A DNA stretch of 64,000 nucleotides from Vicinamibacteria bacterium (GTDB lineage: Bacteria > Acidobacteriota > Vicinamibacteria > Marinacidobacterales > Marinacidobacteraceae). A model generated the notes under the pieces. It saw nothing but the letters and a program-made list of their open reading frames with translations, did not search any database and was not told where the DNA came from. Below are positions 1 to 11,578 of this stretch, piece after piece. Location: assembly GCA_965199715.1 (NCBI GenBank), contig OZ241322.1, positions 544,001-608,000 on the forward strand, read 5' to 3'. Made by a program: the position numbers and the translations under genes. How positions within the stretch are numbered: position 1 is the first letter of the stretch; each line of letters starts with the position of its first letter.

Positions 1-3000
1 ATCGAGGGCGGCGAGGCGACTCGGATCATGGGCGGCATCTCGTTCGAGAGCCAGCCGGTCTTCTCGCCGGACGGCAGCCTCATCGCGTTCCTCAGCGACC
101 GAACCGGAGTCGAGAACCTGTGGGTGGCGGACGCCGACGGCAGCGACCCCCGCGCCCTCACCGAGGACGGACCGACGAACGACCGCCCCCAGCTCATGGT
201 CTCGCCAAGCTGGACGGAGGACGGCCAGTACATCCTCGTCTCAAGGAGCCGGCCCCCCGAACGCACCGCGAGCGTCTTCCTCGTGCATCGGGACGGCGGG
301 AGCGGCGTGCGCCTCGGCGAGCCGCCGGGCGAGCCCGCTCCCGGCGGGCCGCAGCCGCTCAACCGACTCGGCGCGGTCGCGTCGCCGGACGGACGCTTCG
401 TGTACTTCTCCGAGCGGCGCGGGGCCTTCAACTACAACGCGCAGTTCCCGATCTGGCAGGTGGTGCGGTTCGACCGCTGGACCGGGGACGAGACCACGAT
501 CACGAGCGCCCCCGGAAGCGCGATGCGCCCGGTCCTGAGCCCCGATGGCCGGAGCCTCGTGTACGCGACCCGTCATCGGACCAAGACCGCGCTCCGGGCG
601 CGCGACCTCGAGACCGGCGAGGAGCGCTGGCTGCTGACCGGAGTGACGCGGGACGACCAGGAGTCGCGCGCCAGCCGCGACACGATGCCCGGCTACGCCT
701 TCACGCCCGACGGCGACGAAATCATCGCGAGCGTCGGCGGCGGCATTCACCGGATCGACTTCCGAACCGGCGCGACGACCGAAATCCCGTTCTCGGCGAA
801 GGTCGAGGCCGAGGTGGCTCCCCGGCTCTACTACCCGCGCCGGGTCGAGGACGGCCCCACGGTGACCGCCCGCATGGTCCGTTGGCCGCGCATCTCGCCG
901 GACGGGAGCGCCGTCGTCTTCACGGCGTTCAGCCAGCTCTACCGCATGGAGCTTCCCGCCGGGACCCCGGAGCGGCTCACCGACTCCGACGAGGACGAGT
1001 TCATGCCCGCGTGGTCCCCGGACGGGAGCCGGATCGCGTACGTCACGTGGTCCACGGGCGGCGGCCACCTCAAGACCGTGTCCGCATCCGGCGGTTCGGG
1101 AACGGCGTTCACGACCGAGCCGGCGTTCTATGCCGAGCCCGCGTGGAATCCCTCGGGCGACGCCATCGTGCTCCGGCGGGCTCCGGTGAAGGAGCACCTC
1201 TACTCGGTGCCCGACGAGGAAGAGATCGGCGGGATGCGCCCGGCCGAGCTCAGCGAGCTGCTGCTGATTCCGGCGGCCGGCGGCGGCCTCACCGTGATCG
1301 GCCCGTCGGAAGGCGGGCGGTTCCCCCATTTCGCCCACCTCCCGGACCGGGTGTATCTGACGGAGCGCGATGGGCTCCACTCGGTGCGGACCGACGGCTC
1401 CGACAGGCGCCACCACCTCAAGCTCACCGGGAGGGGCGCGGGGCGTAACCCGCCTCCGGCGAGCGAGATCCGACTTTCCCCGGACGGAACCCGGGCGTTT
1501 TTCGAGCTGCAGAACCGCCACTTCCTCGTCGAACTCCCGGGCGCGGGCAAGGAGGTGATCGAGGTCAAGGTGACCGGTGGGCCGACTCCCGTTCCGGTCC
1601 GCGAGATCGCGCCCGAGGGCGGCTTCCATCTCGACTGGGCCGCTGACGGATCCAGCGTGATCTGGTCGCTCGGCAACACGATTTTCCGTCAGGAGATCGC
1701 GGCCGAATCCACCCCCGAGACGTTCCGGGCGGTGGTCGAAGCGCCGAGAGCCCGCCCGAAGGGGACGATCCTGCTGGCCGGGGCCGCGCAGGTCATCACC
1801 ATGGAAGGCGACGAAATCCTCCCGGGCGGCGATGTGCTCGTCGAGGACAACCGCATCGTCGCCGTCGGGACCGATCTGGACGCGCCGGACGGGGCACGGG
1901 TGTTCGACGTTTCCGGCAAGACCGTGCTGCCGGGCTACGTGGACGCCCACGCGCACATGTGGGCGCCTCGGGGCGTGCACCAGCGGCAGGTGTTCCAGCA
2001 CCTCGCGAACCTTGCCTACGGCGTGACGACGACCCGAGACCCGCAGACCTCCACCGCCGACGTCTTCACCTACCGCGACATGCAGGAGGCCGGGCGCATC
2101 CTCGCTCCCCGGATCTACGCGACCGGTCCCGGGATCTTCTCGCGCTCCGGGGTTTACGACGCGGAGGCGGCGGACCTCTTCCTGAAACGGTACGCGGATG
2201 CGTGGAACGCGATCACGCTGAAGCAGTACGTCGTCGGCGACCGCATCGTCCGTCAGTGGGTCGCGATGGCGTCCGCGAAACACAAGCTGATCCCGACCAC
2301 CGAGGGGGCGCTCGACCTGAAGCTGGATTTGACTCAGATGGCCGACGGCTACTCGGGCAACGAGCACAGCCTCCCGATCATCCCGATCTACGACGACGTG
2401 GCCCAGTACGCCGCCCGGACGGACCAGTACTACACGCCGACGATCCTCGTCGCCTACGGCGGCCCGTGGAGCGAGAACTTCTTCTTCCAGAACACCGACG
2501 TGGCAGGCGACGAGAAGCTGGCCCGCTTCATCCCCGCCTCCATCCTCGACAACATGGTCCGTCGCCGCGGCCAGTGGTTTCTGGAGGAGGAGTACGTCCA
2601 CGTCGGGATCGCCGAGGGCTGCGCGAGGATCGTCCGCGCCGGCGGGCGATGCACGCTCGGAAGCCACGGCCAGCTACAGGGGCTCGGGGCCCACTGGGAG
2701 ATATGGGCGATGGGCTCCGGCGGCCTCACGCCGCACGAGACCCTGCGGGCCTCGACGCTGCATGCGGCGGAGGCGATCGGTCTCGCCGAGGATCTCGGCT
2801 CGCTCGCACCCGGCAAGCTGGCGGACATCCAGATCCTTGACGCCGACCCGCTGACCGACCTGCGGAACACGAACTCGGTGCGATGGGTGATGTTGAACGG
2901 CGAGCTCTTCGACGCGAGCACGCTGGAGACGCTCTACCCGGTGCCGAAGCCCGCGCCCGAACTCTTCTGGGACGAGGACCCGCCCCCGGTCGCGCCGGGA

Positions 3001-3006
3001 CGCTGA
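1..3006 (+). CDS. Amidohydrolase with N-terminal TolB/PD40 beta-propeller repeats (5'-partial)
   Basis: Repeated (F/W)SPDG propeller motifs, then PGYVDAHAH metal motif and GKLADI C-terminal motif; frame is open from base 1, so the start lies upstream of the window. Confidence 0.88.
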   Translation: MEGGEATRIMGGISFESQPVFSPDGSLIAFLSDRTGVENLWVADADGSDPRALTEDGPTNDRPQLMVSPSWTEDGQYILVSRSRPPERTASVFLVHRDGGSGVRLGEPPGEPAPGGPQPLNRLGAVASPDGRFVYFSERRGAFNYNAQFPIWQVVRFDRWTGDETTITSAPGSAMRPVLSPDGRSLVYATRHRTKTALRARDLETGEERWLLTGVTRDDQESRASRDTMPGYAFTPDGDEIIASVGGGIHRIDFRTGATTEIPFSAKVEAEVAPRLYYPRRVEDGPTVTARMVRWPRISPDGSAVVFTAFSQLYRMELPAGTPERLTDSDEDEFMPAWSPDGSRIAYVTWSTGGGHLKTVSASGGSGTAFTTEPAFYAEPAWNPSGDAIVLRRAPVKEHLYSVPDEEEIGGMRPAELSELLLIPAAGGGLTVIGPSEGGRFPHFAHLPDRVYLTERDGLHSVRTDGSDRRHHLKLTGRGAGRNPPPASEIRLSPDGTRAFFELQNRHFLVELPGAGKEVIEVKVTGGPTPVPVREIAPEGGFHLDWAADGSSVIWSLGNTIFRQEIAAESTPETFRAVVEAPRARPKGTILLAGAAQVITMEGDEILPGGDVLVEDNRIVAVGTDLDAPDGARVFDVSGKTVLPGYVDAHAHMWAPRGVHQRQVFQHLANLAYGVTTTRDPQTSTADVFTYRDMQEAGRILAPRIYATGPGIFSRSGVYDAEAADLFLKRYADAWNAITLKQYVVGDRIVRQWVAMASAKHKLIPTTEGALDLKLDLTQMADGYSGNEHSLPIIPIYDDVAQYAARTDQYYTPTILVAYGGPWSENFFFQNTDVAGDEKLARFIPASILDNMVRRRGQWFLEEEYVHVGIAEGCARIVRAGGRCTLGSHGQLQGLGAHWEIWAMGSGGLTPHETLRASTLHAAEAIGLAEDLGSLAPGKLADIQILDADPLTDLRNTNSVRWVMLNGELFDASTLETLYPVPKPAPELFWDEDPPPVAPGR

Positions 3007-3734
3007 TCCGCGTCGACCGCCTCGGCCATCGCAGCGAGCGTCGGGAACACGAAGTCGGTCTCGGGGAGCGTCTCGAGCGGCGCGGTCGCGCCCCAGCTTC
3101 CCCCTTCGGAGAGACGCTGGCGATCGATCCAGGCATTGCGGAGGCCGAGGCGTTTCGCCGGAACGTGGTCGTGGTGGAGGCTCTGCGCGGTGTGGAGCAC
3201 GTCTTCCGGCCCGAATCCGAAGTCGGATTGAAGTCGCTCCAGCAGGAAACGGAAGTTCGTCAGCGACGGTTTGTAATCGCCGATGTCCTCGGCCGTCCAG
3301 ACCGCATCGAACCGTGCTCCCAGCTTCCGCTGCGAGGCGGCGATGCCGTCCCGGTGGACGTTGGAGAGGATGACCAGCCGGTAGCGCCGGGCCAGACGGC
3401 GGAGCGCGTCGGCGGTGTCCGGGAAGGCCGGCCACTGCCCGACCGAGGCTCCGAACGCCGCATCCAGCGCCGGAGTCGTCTCCATGGCGAAGGTCCCGGC
3501 GAGATCCCGGTGGACGCGCTCAAGGAGCTCGGGATACCGGAGGCCGGGGTTCGCGGCCTCGTTCCGCCCCTCGACTTCGGCGAACGCCCGGAGCGCGATG
3601 TCCCGCGTCACCTCGACCGCGCCGCTGCGCATCAGGAGCGGCTGGAGAGCGTCCCAGATGCCGGTCTCCCAGTCGATGAGGGTGCCGTAGCAATCGAACG
3701 TCAGAATCCGGAAGTCGGAGAGGCGCGGCTTCAT
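2934..3734 (-). CDS. HAD-superfamily hydrolase (haloacid dehalogenase type II-like)
   Basis: TFDCYGTLIDWE, ILSNV, DYKPS, HTAQSLHHDHVPA motifs; ATG at 3734 overlaps upstream stop (ATGA). Confidence 0.88.
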   Translation of the reverse strand: MKPRLSDFRILTFDCYGTLIDWETGIWDALQPLLMRSGAVEVTRDIALRAFAEVEGRNEAANPGLRYPELLERVHRDLAGTFAMETTPALDAAFGASVGQWPAFPDTADALRRLARRYRLVILSNVHRDGIAASQRKLGARFDAVWTAEDIGDYKPSLTNFRFLLERLQSDFGFGPEDVLHTAQSLHHDHVPAKRLGLRNAWIDRQRLSEGGSWGATAPLETLPETDFVFPTLAAMAEAVDADQRPGATGGGSSSQKSSGAGFGTG

Positions 3735-4699
3735 TCTGGATCCGGGAGATACCGCTTGGGGAACATCGCGACCACGGTGTAGTTCGGATCGACGACGTTT
3801 CCGATGCGGGCCTTTCCGAGCTGGGACAGAAGCTGCAGCGCCTCCCAGCGGTCGAAGCCGTAGTCCGCCTCCAGCCAGAGGATGATCTCGGTGTGGGCGA
3901 TCCGGAACGCGTCCATGAGCGGGCGGACCGAACCCGCAACCATGATGTAGTCGTCGTTCTCGATGCGCGGCCACGAGATGGTCTCGCCCGAACGCACCTC
4001 GAAGCGGAACGTGATCTCCGCGGTGGTCTCGAGCCCGGTGCCGGTGATCTCGCCCTCGCCCTGCAGCGCGTGCACGTCGCCGAAGTAGAAGTACGCCCCG
4101 TCCTCGAACACGGGCAGATGGACGCTCACCCCCTCACGGATCTCGGGCGTGTCCATGTTGCCGCCGAACCGGCCCGGCGCGGCCACCCAGATGACCTCGC
4201 CCCGGTCGGGCGCGACGGCGACCCGGCCGATCATGGGTTCCAGATCCACCGTGATCGGCGGCTTGCCGCTCGCCGGCAGATCGAGCGTGCCGGTGCCCGC
4301 CTCCCGGTCGAGCCGCCACTCGAACCGCCGCTGCGGCACCGGATCGTGCAGCATCGGCGTCTCGGGCGTCATCGTGAGGGCCGCGAAACCGGCGGAAGTG
4401 CCGGAGATGGCGAGATCCCGGTTCAGCGCGAGCCGTTCCACATGGACGACGAGGGTGTCCCCGCGCTTCGCCCCCTCGATCCAGATCGGGCCGACCTCGC
4501 CGGCGCGATGGCGCTCGGACTCCGGCATGAACGCCGCGCCCATGGTCTCGGTGACGAGGGTGTCGCCGGCGTCGATGCGCAGCACCGGCTCCCGCACGGC
4601 GAAGGTCTGATAACCGTGGTCGGGCACGAAGTGATGCGTGCGTTGGGCGATCGCCGGCGCGGCGACGACGACGAGAGTGAAGAGAAGCAGGATGGGCAT
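3731..4699 (-). CDS. Acetamidase/formamidase family protein with signal peptide
   Basis: GPIWIEGAKRGD, FGGNMD, FGDVHALQGEGE motifs. Confidence 0.88.
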   Translation of the reverse strand: MPILLLFTLVVVAAPAIAQRTHHFVPDHGYQTFAVREPVLRIDAGDTLVTETMGAAFMPESERHRAGEVGPIWIEGAKRGDTLVVHVERLALNRDLAISGTSAGFAALTMTPETPMLHDPVPQRRFEWRLDREAGTGTLDLPASGKPPITVDLEPMIGRVAVAPDRGEVIWVAAPGRFGGNMDTPEIREGVSVHLPVFEDGAYFYFGDVHALQGEGEITGTGLETTAEITFRFEVRSGETISWPRIENDDYIMVAGSVRPLMDAFRIAHTEIILWLEADYGFDRWEALQLLSQLGKARIGNVVDPNYTVVAMFPKRYLPDPE

Positions 4700-4726
4700 G
4701 TTGCGATTGTCTCCCGAAAGCTCAAG

Positions 4727-4750
4727 CCATAGTTATGATATTATGGGTAT
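4727..4750 (+). promoter_or_regulatory. AT-rich -10 box and probable autoregulatory operator of the TA pair
   Basis: CCATA-N10-TATGG inverted repeat (4727-4746); TATTAT at 4739-4744, 6 nt before ATG 4751. Confidence 0.5.
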
Positions 4751-4966
4751 ATGCCAAACCGGAAGGTAACCTTCAGCCTCGACGAGCGAACCGCGAGCCG
4801 CATCGGGGCGCTGGCCGACGAGCTCGGGATCGCCCGCAGCGCCGTCGTTCGGGAGGCCGTGGCGTTCTATCGGAAACACGCCGATCAGGTCAGCGAAGAG
4901 GAGCGCGACGAGCGCGTGCGCGCCTTTCGGAAGTTCCTCCGCGACGCGTCCGACAAGCCATCATGA
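4751..4966 (+). CDS. Ribbon-helix-helix (CopG-like) antitoxin
   Basis: KVTFSLDE...ARSAVVREAV pattern; ATGA-coupled to a PIN gene. Confidence 0.8.
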   Translation: MPNRKVTFSLDERTASRIGALADELGIARSAVVREAVAFYRKHADQVSEEERDERVRAFRKFLRDASDKPS

Positions 4967-5367
4967 TCGTTCTGGATACTTCCGTCCTTGTGGACGCGCT
5001 CTCGGGTTCAAGGTCGCTGGCCACTACCTTCGCGAAGGTCCTCGCGACTGGCGAGCGCCTGCGGCTGCCCGCTCCCGTCCTCTACGAGTGGCTGTGCGGC
5101 CAGCGGACCGTGCCCGAGCTCGCGCTCCAGCGGGTGCTCTTCCCGGACGAGCGCACGCTGGCGTTCGGGCCGGTTGAAGCGCGGGTTGCCGCCGATCTTC
5201 ACCTCAGCGTCGCCGGGCTCGGCGAGCGGCAGGCGGCCATCGCGGCGTGCGCGCTCACCCGGGAGGGGCAGCTCTGGACCACGCGGCAACCGGACTTCGC
5301 GGAAATTCCCGGGCTCGCGCTCTTCCGGCCGGCGCCCCCCGGCAACGGAGCACCGGAACCGCGCTAG
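4963..5367 (+). CDS. vapC: PIN-domain (VapC-like) toxin, possibly inactive
   Basis: MIVLDTSVLVD, VLYEW, AIAACA, DFAEIPGL; third acidic residue appears absent. Confidence 0.75.
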   Translation: MIVLDTSVLVDALSGSRSLATTFAKVLATGERLRLPAPVLYEWLCGQRTVPELALQRVLFPDERTLAFGPVEARVAADLHLSVAGLGERQAAIAACALTREGQLWTTRQPDFAEIPGLALFRPAPPGNGAPEPR

Positions 5368-5393
5368 CATCGCTCGCCCATCAGGAGGCGACC

Positions 5394-7526
5394 ATGAGAA
5401 TCCTGCTCGTCCCGGGCGCTCTGCTGCTGGCGTTGGCCGGCTGCGGCGGGGGCCTCGACTACCCGTATTCCGACAAGGGAGACGTCACCGAGGACATGCA
5501 CGGCGTCACGATTCCCGATCCCTACCGGTGGCTCGAGGACGACCACGACCCCGAGGTTCTGGAATGGGTGGACGCCCAGAACGAAGTCACCCGCGAGTAC
5601 CTCGACGCGCTCCCCGCCCGGGAAGCGCTTCTGGGCCGCCTGACCGAGCTCCGCGACTACGCCCGCCAGAGCGCGCCGTTCCGCTGGGGCGACCGGTGGT
5701 TCCTTCGGGCGAACGACGGCCTGCAGGATCAGGACGTGCTCTACCGGCTGACCGACCCCGACCAGCCGCAGTCCGAATGGGAGGTGCTGCTGGATCCGAA
5801 CCGGCTCTCGGAGGACGGCACCGTCAGCCTCGAGACGACCGCCTTCACCGAGGACGGGTCACTGATGGCCTATGGGCTCGGGCAGTCCGGTTCCGACTGG
5901 CGCGAGTTCCACGTCATGGACGCGGGGACCGGCGAGAAGCTGGACGACCACCTCCGCTGGATCAAGTTCTCCGGCGCGGCGTGGACCCACGACAACGGCG
6001 GCTTCCTGTACAGCCGCTATCCCGAGCCGGATCCCGACGCCGCGCAGGGCGGCGTGAACCGGAACCAGACCGTCTGGTACCACCGGCTCGGCACGCCGCA
6101 GGACAGCGACGAGATCGTGTACTCCCGTCCCGACCAACCGGACTGGCTCACCGGGGCGCAGGTCTCGGACGACGGTCGCTACGCCATCTTCGACATCCAG
6201 GAAGGAACGGACCACCGGAGCCGTATCCACGTGCTGGACCTCAAGGACGCCGCCAGCCCGGACTTCAGCGGCGAGGTGAACCCGCTGCTCGACGAGTTCG
6301 ACGCCGCCTACGATTTCCTCGGCAACGACGGCCCGGTCTTCTACTTCCTCACGAACCTCGACGCCCCGCGCTACCGGGTGATCGCCTTGGACCTCCGGCG
6401 GCCCGACCCGGCGCACTTCCGCGAGGTCGTGGCCGAGGGGCGGGAGACGCTTCTCGGGGCGCGCATGTTCGGAGATCGCTTCTTGCTGTCGTACCTCACA
6501 GACGCCAGCAGCCGTCTCGCCGTGCACGCGCTCGACGGCACTTTCGAGCGTGACGTGCCGCTGCCCGGCATCGGCTCGGTGGATCAGGTCAGCGGCAAGC
6601 GGAACGACCCGACGATGCACTTCGTGTTCTCGTCGTTCCTGTTCCCGCCGTCCGTGTACCGCTACGACTTCGAGACCGGCGAGGCGGACCTCGAGTGGGA
6701 GCCGGACATCCCCTTCGACCGGGAAGCGTTCGAGACGAATCAGGTGTTCTTCGCCTCGGCGGACGGAACCCAGATCCCCATGTTCCTGACCCACCGGAAG
6801 GACCTGTCCCGCGACGGGGACAACCCCACGCTGCTCTATGGCTACGGCGGGTTCAACATCAGCCTGACGCCGGGATTCAATCCGGCGAACCTCGTATTCC
6901 TCGAACACGGCGGCGTGTACGCCCAGGCGAACCTGCGGGGTGGAGGCGAGTACGGCGAGGAGTGGCACAACGCCGGGCGGCTGCTGAACAAGCAGAACGT
7001 GTTCGACGACTTCATCGCGGCGGCCGAGTTCCTCATCCACGACTCGGTCACGCAGCCCTCACGGCTCGCGATCGCGGGCGGCTCCAACGGCGGGCTGCTG
7101 GTGGGCGCGGTGCTGAACCAGCGACCCGAGCTCTTCGGCGCGGCGCTTCCGGCCGTGGGAGTGATGGACATGCTGCGCTTCCACCGATTCACGATCGGCT
7201 GGGCGTGGATCTCCGACTACGGCGATCCCGAGGACGCCGAGATGTTCGAGGTCCTCCATGCGTACTCGCCGTACCACAACATTGCGCCGTCAGAGACTTT
7301 TCCGCCGGTTCTCGTGACCACCGCCGATCACGACGATCGGGTCGCCCCGGGGCACTCCTTCAAGTACGCCGCCCGGCTTCAGGAAGTCCACGGCGGCGGT
7401 CCTGCCCCGATCCTGATCCGCATCCAGAAGAGCGCCGGCCACGGTTCCGGCATGCCGGTCTCGATGCGGCTGGCGCTGGACGCCGACCGGTTCGCGTTCC
7501 TCTTCCACAGCCTGCGCATGGACTGA
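5394..7526 (+). CDS. Prolyl oligopeptidase (S9A), predicted lipoprotein
   Basis: DPYRWLED, GYGGF, GGSNGGLL, DHDDRV, AGHG; lipobox LALAGC; AGGAGG RBS. Confidence 0.93.
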   Translation: MRILLVPGALLLALAGCGGGLDYPYSDKGDVTEDMHGVTIPDPYRWLEDDHDPEVLEWVDAQNEVTREYLDALPAREALLGRLTELRDYARQSAPFRWGDRWFLRANDGLQDQDVLYRLTDPDQPQSEWEVLLDPNRLSEDGTVSLETTAFTEDGSLMAYGLGQSGSDWREFHVMDAGTGEKLDDHLRWIKFSGAAWTHDNGGFLYSRYPEPDPDAAQGGVNRNQTVWYHRLGTPQDSDEIVYSRPDQPDWLTGAQVSDDGRYAIFDIQEGTDHRSRIHVLDLKDAASPDFSGEVNPLLDEFDAAYDFLGNDGPVFYFLTNLDAPRYRVIALDLRRPDPAHFREVVAEGRETLLGARMFGDRFLLSYLTDASSRLAVHALDGTFERDVPLPGIGSVDQVSGKRNDPTMHFVFSSFLFPPSVYRYDFETGEADLEWEPDIPFDREAFETNQVFFASADGTQIPMFLTHRKDLSRDGDNPTLLYGYGGFNISLTPGFNPANLVFLEHGGVYAQANLRGGGEYGEEWHNAGRLLNKQNVFDDFIAAAEFLIHDSVTQPSRLAIAGGSNGGLLVGAVLNQRPELFGAALPAVGVMDMLRFHRFTIGWAWISDYGDPEDAEMFEVLHAYSPYHNIAPSETFPPVLVTTADHDDRVAPGHSFKYAARLQEVHGGGPAPILIRIQKSAGHGSGMPVSMRLALDADRFAFLFHSLRMD

Positions 7527-7598
7527 CGAACACAGAATCTGCGCGCTTCGCACTCAAATAAAGCTGCGGTGCATCTCGATATATGTTCGCGGCGCGCC

Positions 7599-7627
7599 TT
7601 GACTTTTTTCCGGCGATGGCCTAGTGT
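7599..7627 (+). promoter_or_regulatory. Sigma70-type promoter of groESL
   Basis: TTGACT-N17-TAGTGT. Confidence 0.6.
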
Positions 7628-7768
7628 TCGCGCCGTCTGGAGCCCGGTCTTCGCCCCCAAGGACCGAAACGGGCATGCGGCCTTCCCCAGTCGGAAGGAT
7701 CGTCCGGGCGGTTCGTATTCACGTGCGCTGGCGGCGTACGTTTCGCGAGAGAGGAGACCCATTCCGCG

Positions 7769-9738
<1,970 letters not shown>

Positions 9739-9753
9739 TCCACCGCCCCTCCC

Positions 9754-9788
9754 GGCCCCCCGGACGGCGACGTTCGGGGGGCCTTTTT
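9754..9788 (+). terminator. Rho-independent terminator
   Basis: GGCCCCCCGGAC...GTTCGGGGGGCC stem followed by TTTTT, just after groEL. Confidence 0.85.
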
Positions 9789-9831
9789 CGTCCGCGCGTG
9801 CGCCCGCCCCCTTCGCTACACTCCGCCGACG

Positions 9832-10149
9832 ATGTCCGCAAGCCACCTCGAGAGCCGTGCGGCCGGCGGCCTCACCGTCGTGGACGAGATCGAGAACGGC
9901 CTGCACTACGAGCTGCTTCCGGATCTCTGGCGACGGCTGAAAGCCATGGCCGAGGCGTCGGAGGTCCAGCTCTTCGTAACGACGCACAGCGATGAGTGCA
10001 CTCAGGCGGCGATCGCGGCGTTCGAGGGCGACCTGGACGAATTGGCGGTGCACACTCTTTCGCGACACAGCGACGGGAGAGCGCGCGCAGGTACGTACCG
10101 GTCGGAGGCGCTCAAGAGCGCGAGACGCTTCAATCTCGACCTGCGATGA
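9832..10149 (+). pseudogene. Internally deleted ABC-type (AAA_21-like) ATPase remnant
   Basis: Walker B/D-loop VVDEIENGLH and H-loop QLFVTTHS present; no Walker A; only ~15 aa precede Walker B. Confidence 0.75.
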
Positions 10150-10774
10150 CGGACGGCGGCAGGGACAGACGAACCGCTCGGACCGACTCCTTCTCGTCGA
10201 GGGAAAGGACGAAGTGCTCTTCTTCGGATCGCTCCTGAAGCGAGAACGCGATCCGCCGCAGATCCTTGAGGTCGGCAAGGATGGCTTCCGTACCGATCTG
10301 GATGCCGTCCTGAGGAGAGCTCAGGATAGTGGCGTCGAACTCGCCTCCATCGGGATCGTTCGCGACGCTGGCGAGAACCCGCGCGGCGCCCTCCAGAGCG
10401 TCCAGGACGCTGTTCGCGCAGTGGGGCTCACGCCGCCGGCGACGCACGGCGCGTTCTCGGACGCAGCGCCGCGAGTCGGAGTCTTCGTCATGGCGGACGG
10501 CGAGAACCCGGGGGCGCTCGAGACGCTTTGCCGGCGGCCCGTCGAGACGAGCGCGGAGGGCCGGTGGACCGACTACCTCAAGTGCCTCGACGGGCTCCGC
10601 GCCGATCGCAACGCCGCGCAGCGGGACAAGTCGTTCACGCACGCCTGGCTGGCCTCCATCAAGAACCCCGTAGCCCGCGTCGGCGAGGGCGCGGCGCAGG
10701 GAGCTTGGGACTTCGCCCATCGCGCCTTCGCCCAAATCGCCGACTTCGTGGGCCGCCTCGCAGCCGATGATTGA
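10146..10774 (+). pseudogene. DUF3226-like (TOPRIM-related) protein with probable 5' frameshift
   Basis: LLLVEGKDE, GIVRDA, GALETLC, WDFAH motifs; coupled ATG at 10146 is out of frame with the domain. Confidence 0.6.
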
Positions 10775-10783
10775 GGTCACGCC

Positions 10784-11578
10784 ATGACCATGGACCGCGA
10801 AACCGAACGCCGGCCGCTGCGCGAGCGGTCAAGCGGCCAGCTCGGCCGACTGGCGGGCATGTTCCTGTCTCCGGGAGCCGTCTTCGAGTCCATCGCCGTC
10901 GCTCCGACCGTGGCCGCGGCCCTCGTCGCGACCAGCCTCGCCGGCGCGCTGGGCGCGACCGCGGTGAGCCGCGCCGCCGACGTCGACGCCATGGCCCGCT
11001 TCGCGTTCGAGCGGCAGCAGGAGGCGATGCCGGGCCTCGTCTCGCGCAACATGTCGGACGCCGATCGCGAGCGGGCGTTCGAGGCGGCGCGCACGGGACT
11101 CCGGATCAGCCGCAACTTCGCCCCGATCATCGGGGCGATCGGCGGGGCGGCGGCGCCGCTCGTCGCCTCGGCGGCGCTGCTGCTGGGGTTCGGGGTGCTT
11201 GGCGCCTCGGGAAGCTACCGCACGATCCTCTCCACCGTGACCCACGCCTGGTGGCCCGCCGCCGCGACCTCGAGCGTCCTCACCGCGGTCGTGGTCTGGA
11301 CCTCGTGGCCGATGGCTCCCGAACGCGCCGCCGCGCCCCTGCGAACCAGCCTCGCCGCGCTCGTCCCCGACGCCGACCGCGCCGCGGCCGCCTTCGCCGG
11401 CCGGGTGGAGCTCTTCCTCGGCTGGGAGATCGCGCTCCTCGGAATCGGCCTGGCCACGACCCTCGGCGTCTCGCGCAAGCTCTCGTTCGGCGCCGCGACC
11501 GCGCTCTGGGCGCTCGCCACCGCCGCGGCGGTCGGGGTCGCGGCCGCGACGCGCTTCATCGGGTTCACCGCGGCGTGA
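10784..11578 (+). CDS. Yip1-like integral membrane protein
   Basis: MFLSPGAVF motif, several TM segments, precedes efflux adaptor. Confidence 0.65.
   Translation: MTMDRETERRPLRERSSGQLGRLAGMFLSPGAVFESIAVAPTVAAALVATSLAGALGATAVSRAADVDAMARFAFERQQEAMPGLVSRNMSDADRERAFEAARTGLRISRNFAPIIGAIGGAAAPLVASAALLLGFGVLGASGSYRTILSTVTHAWWPAAATSSVLTAVVVWTSWPMAPERAAAPLRTSLAALVPDADRAAAAFAGRVELFLGWEIALLGIGLATTLGVSRKLSFGAATALWALATAAAVGVAAATRFIGFTAA

Noticed and set aside
2934-3006. 73-bp convergent overlap between the amidohydrolase and HAD genes
   Set aside because: Low-complexity tails; stop-codon drift in high-GC DNA explains it
7547-7575. CIRCE element upstream of groES
   Set aside because: Left arm TTCGCACTC is close to consensus, but the right arm and 9-nt spacing do not fit
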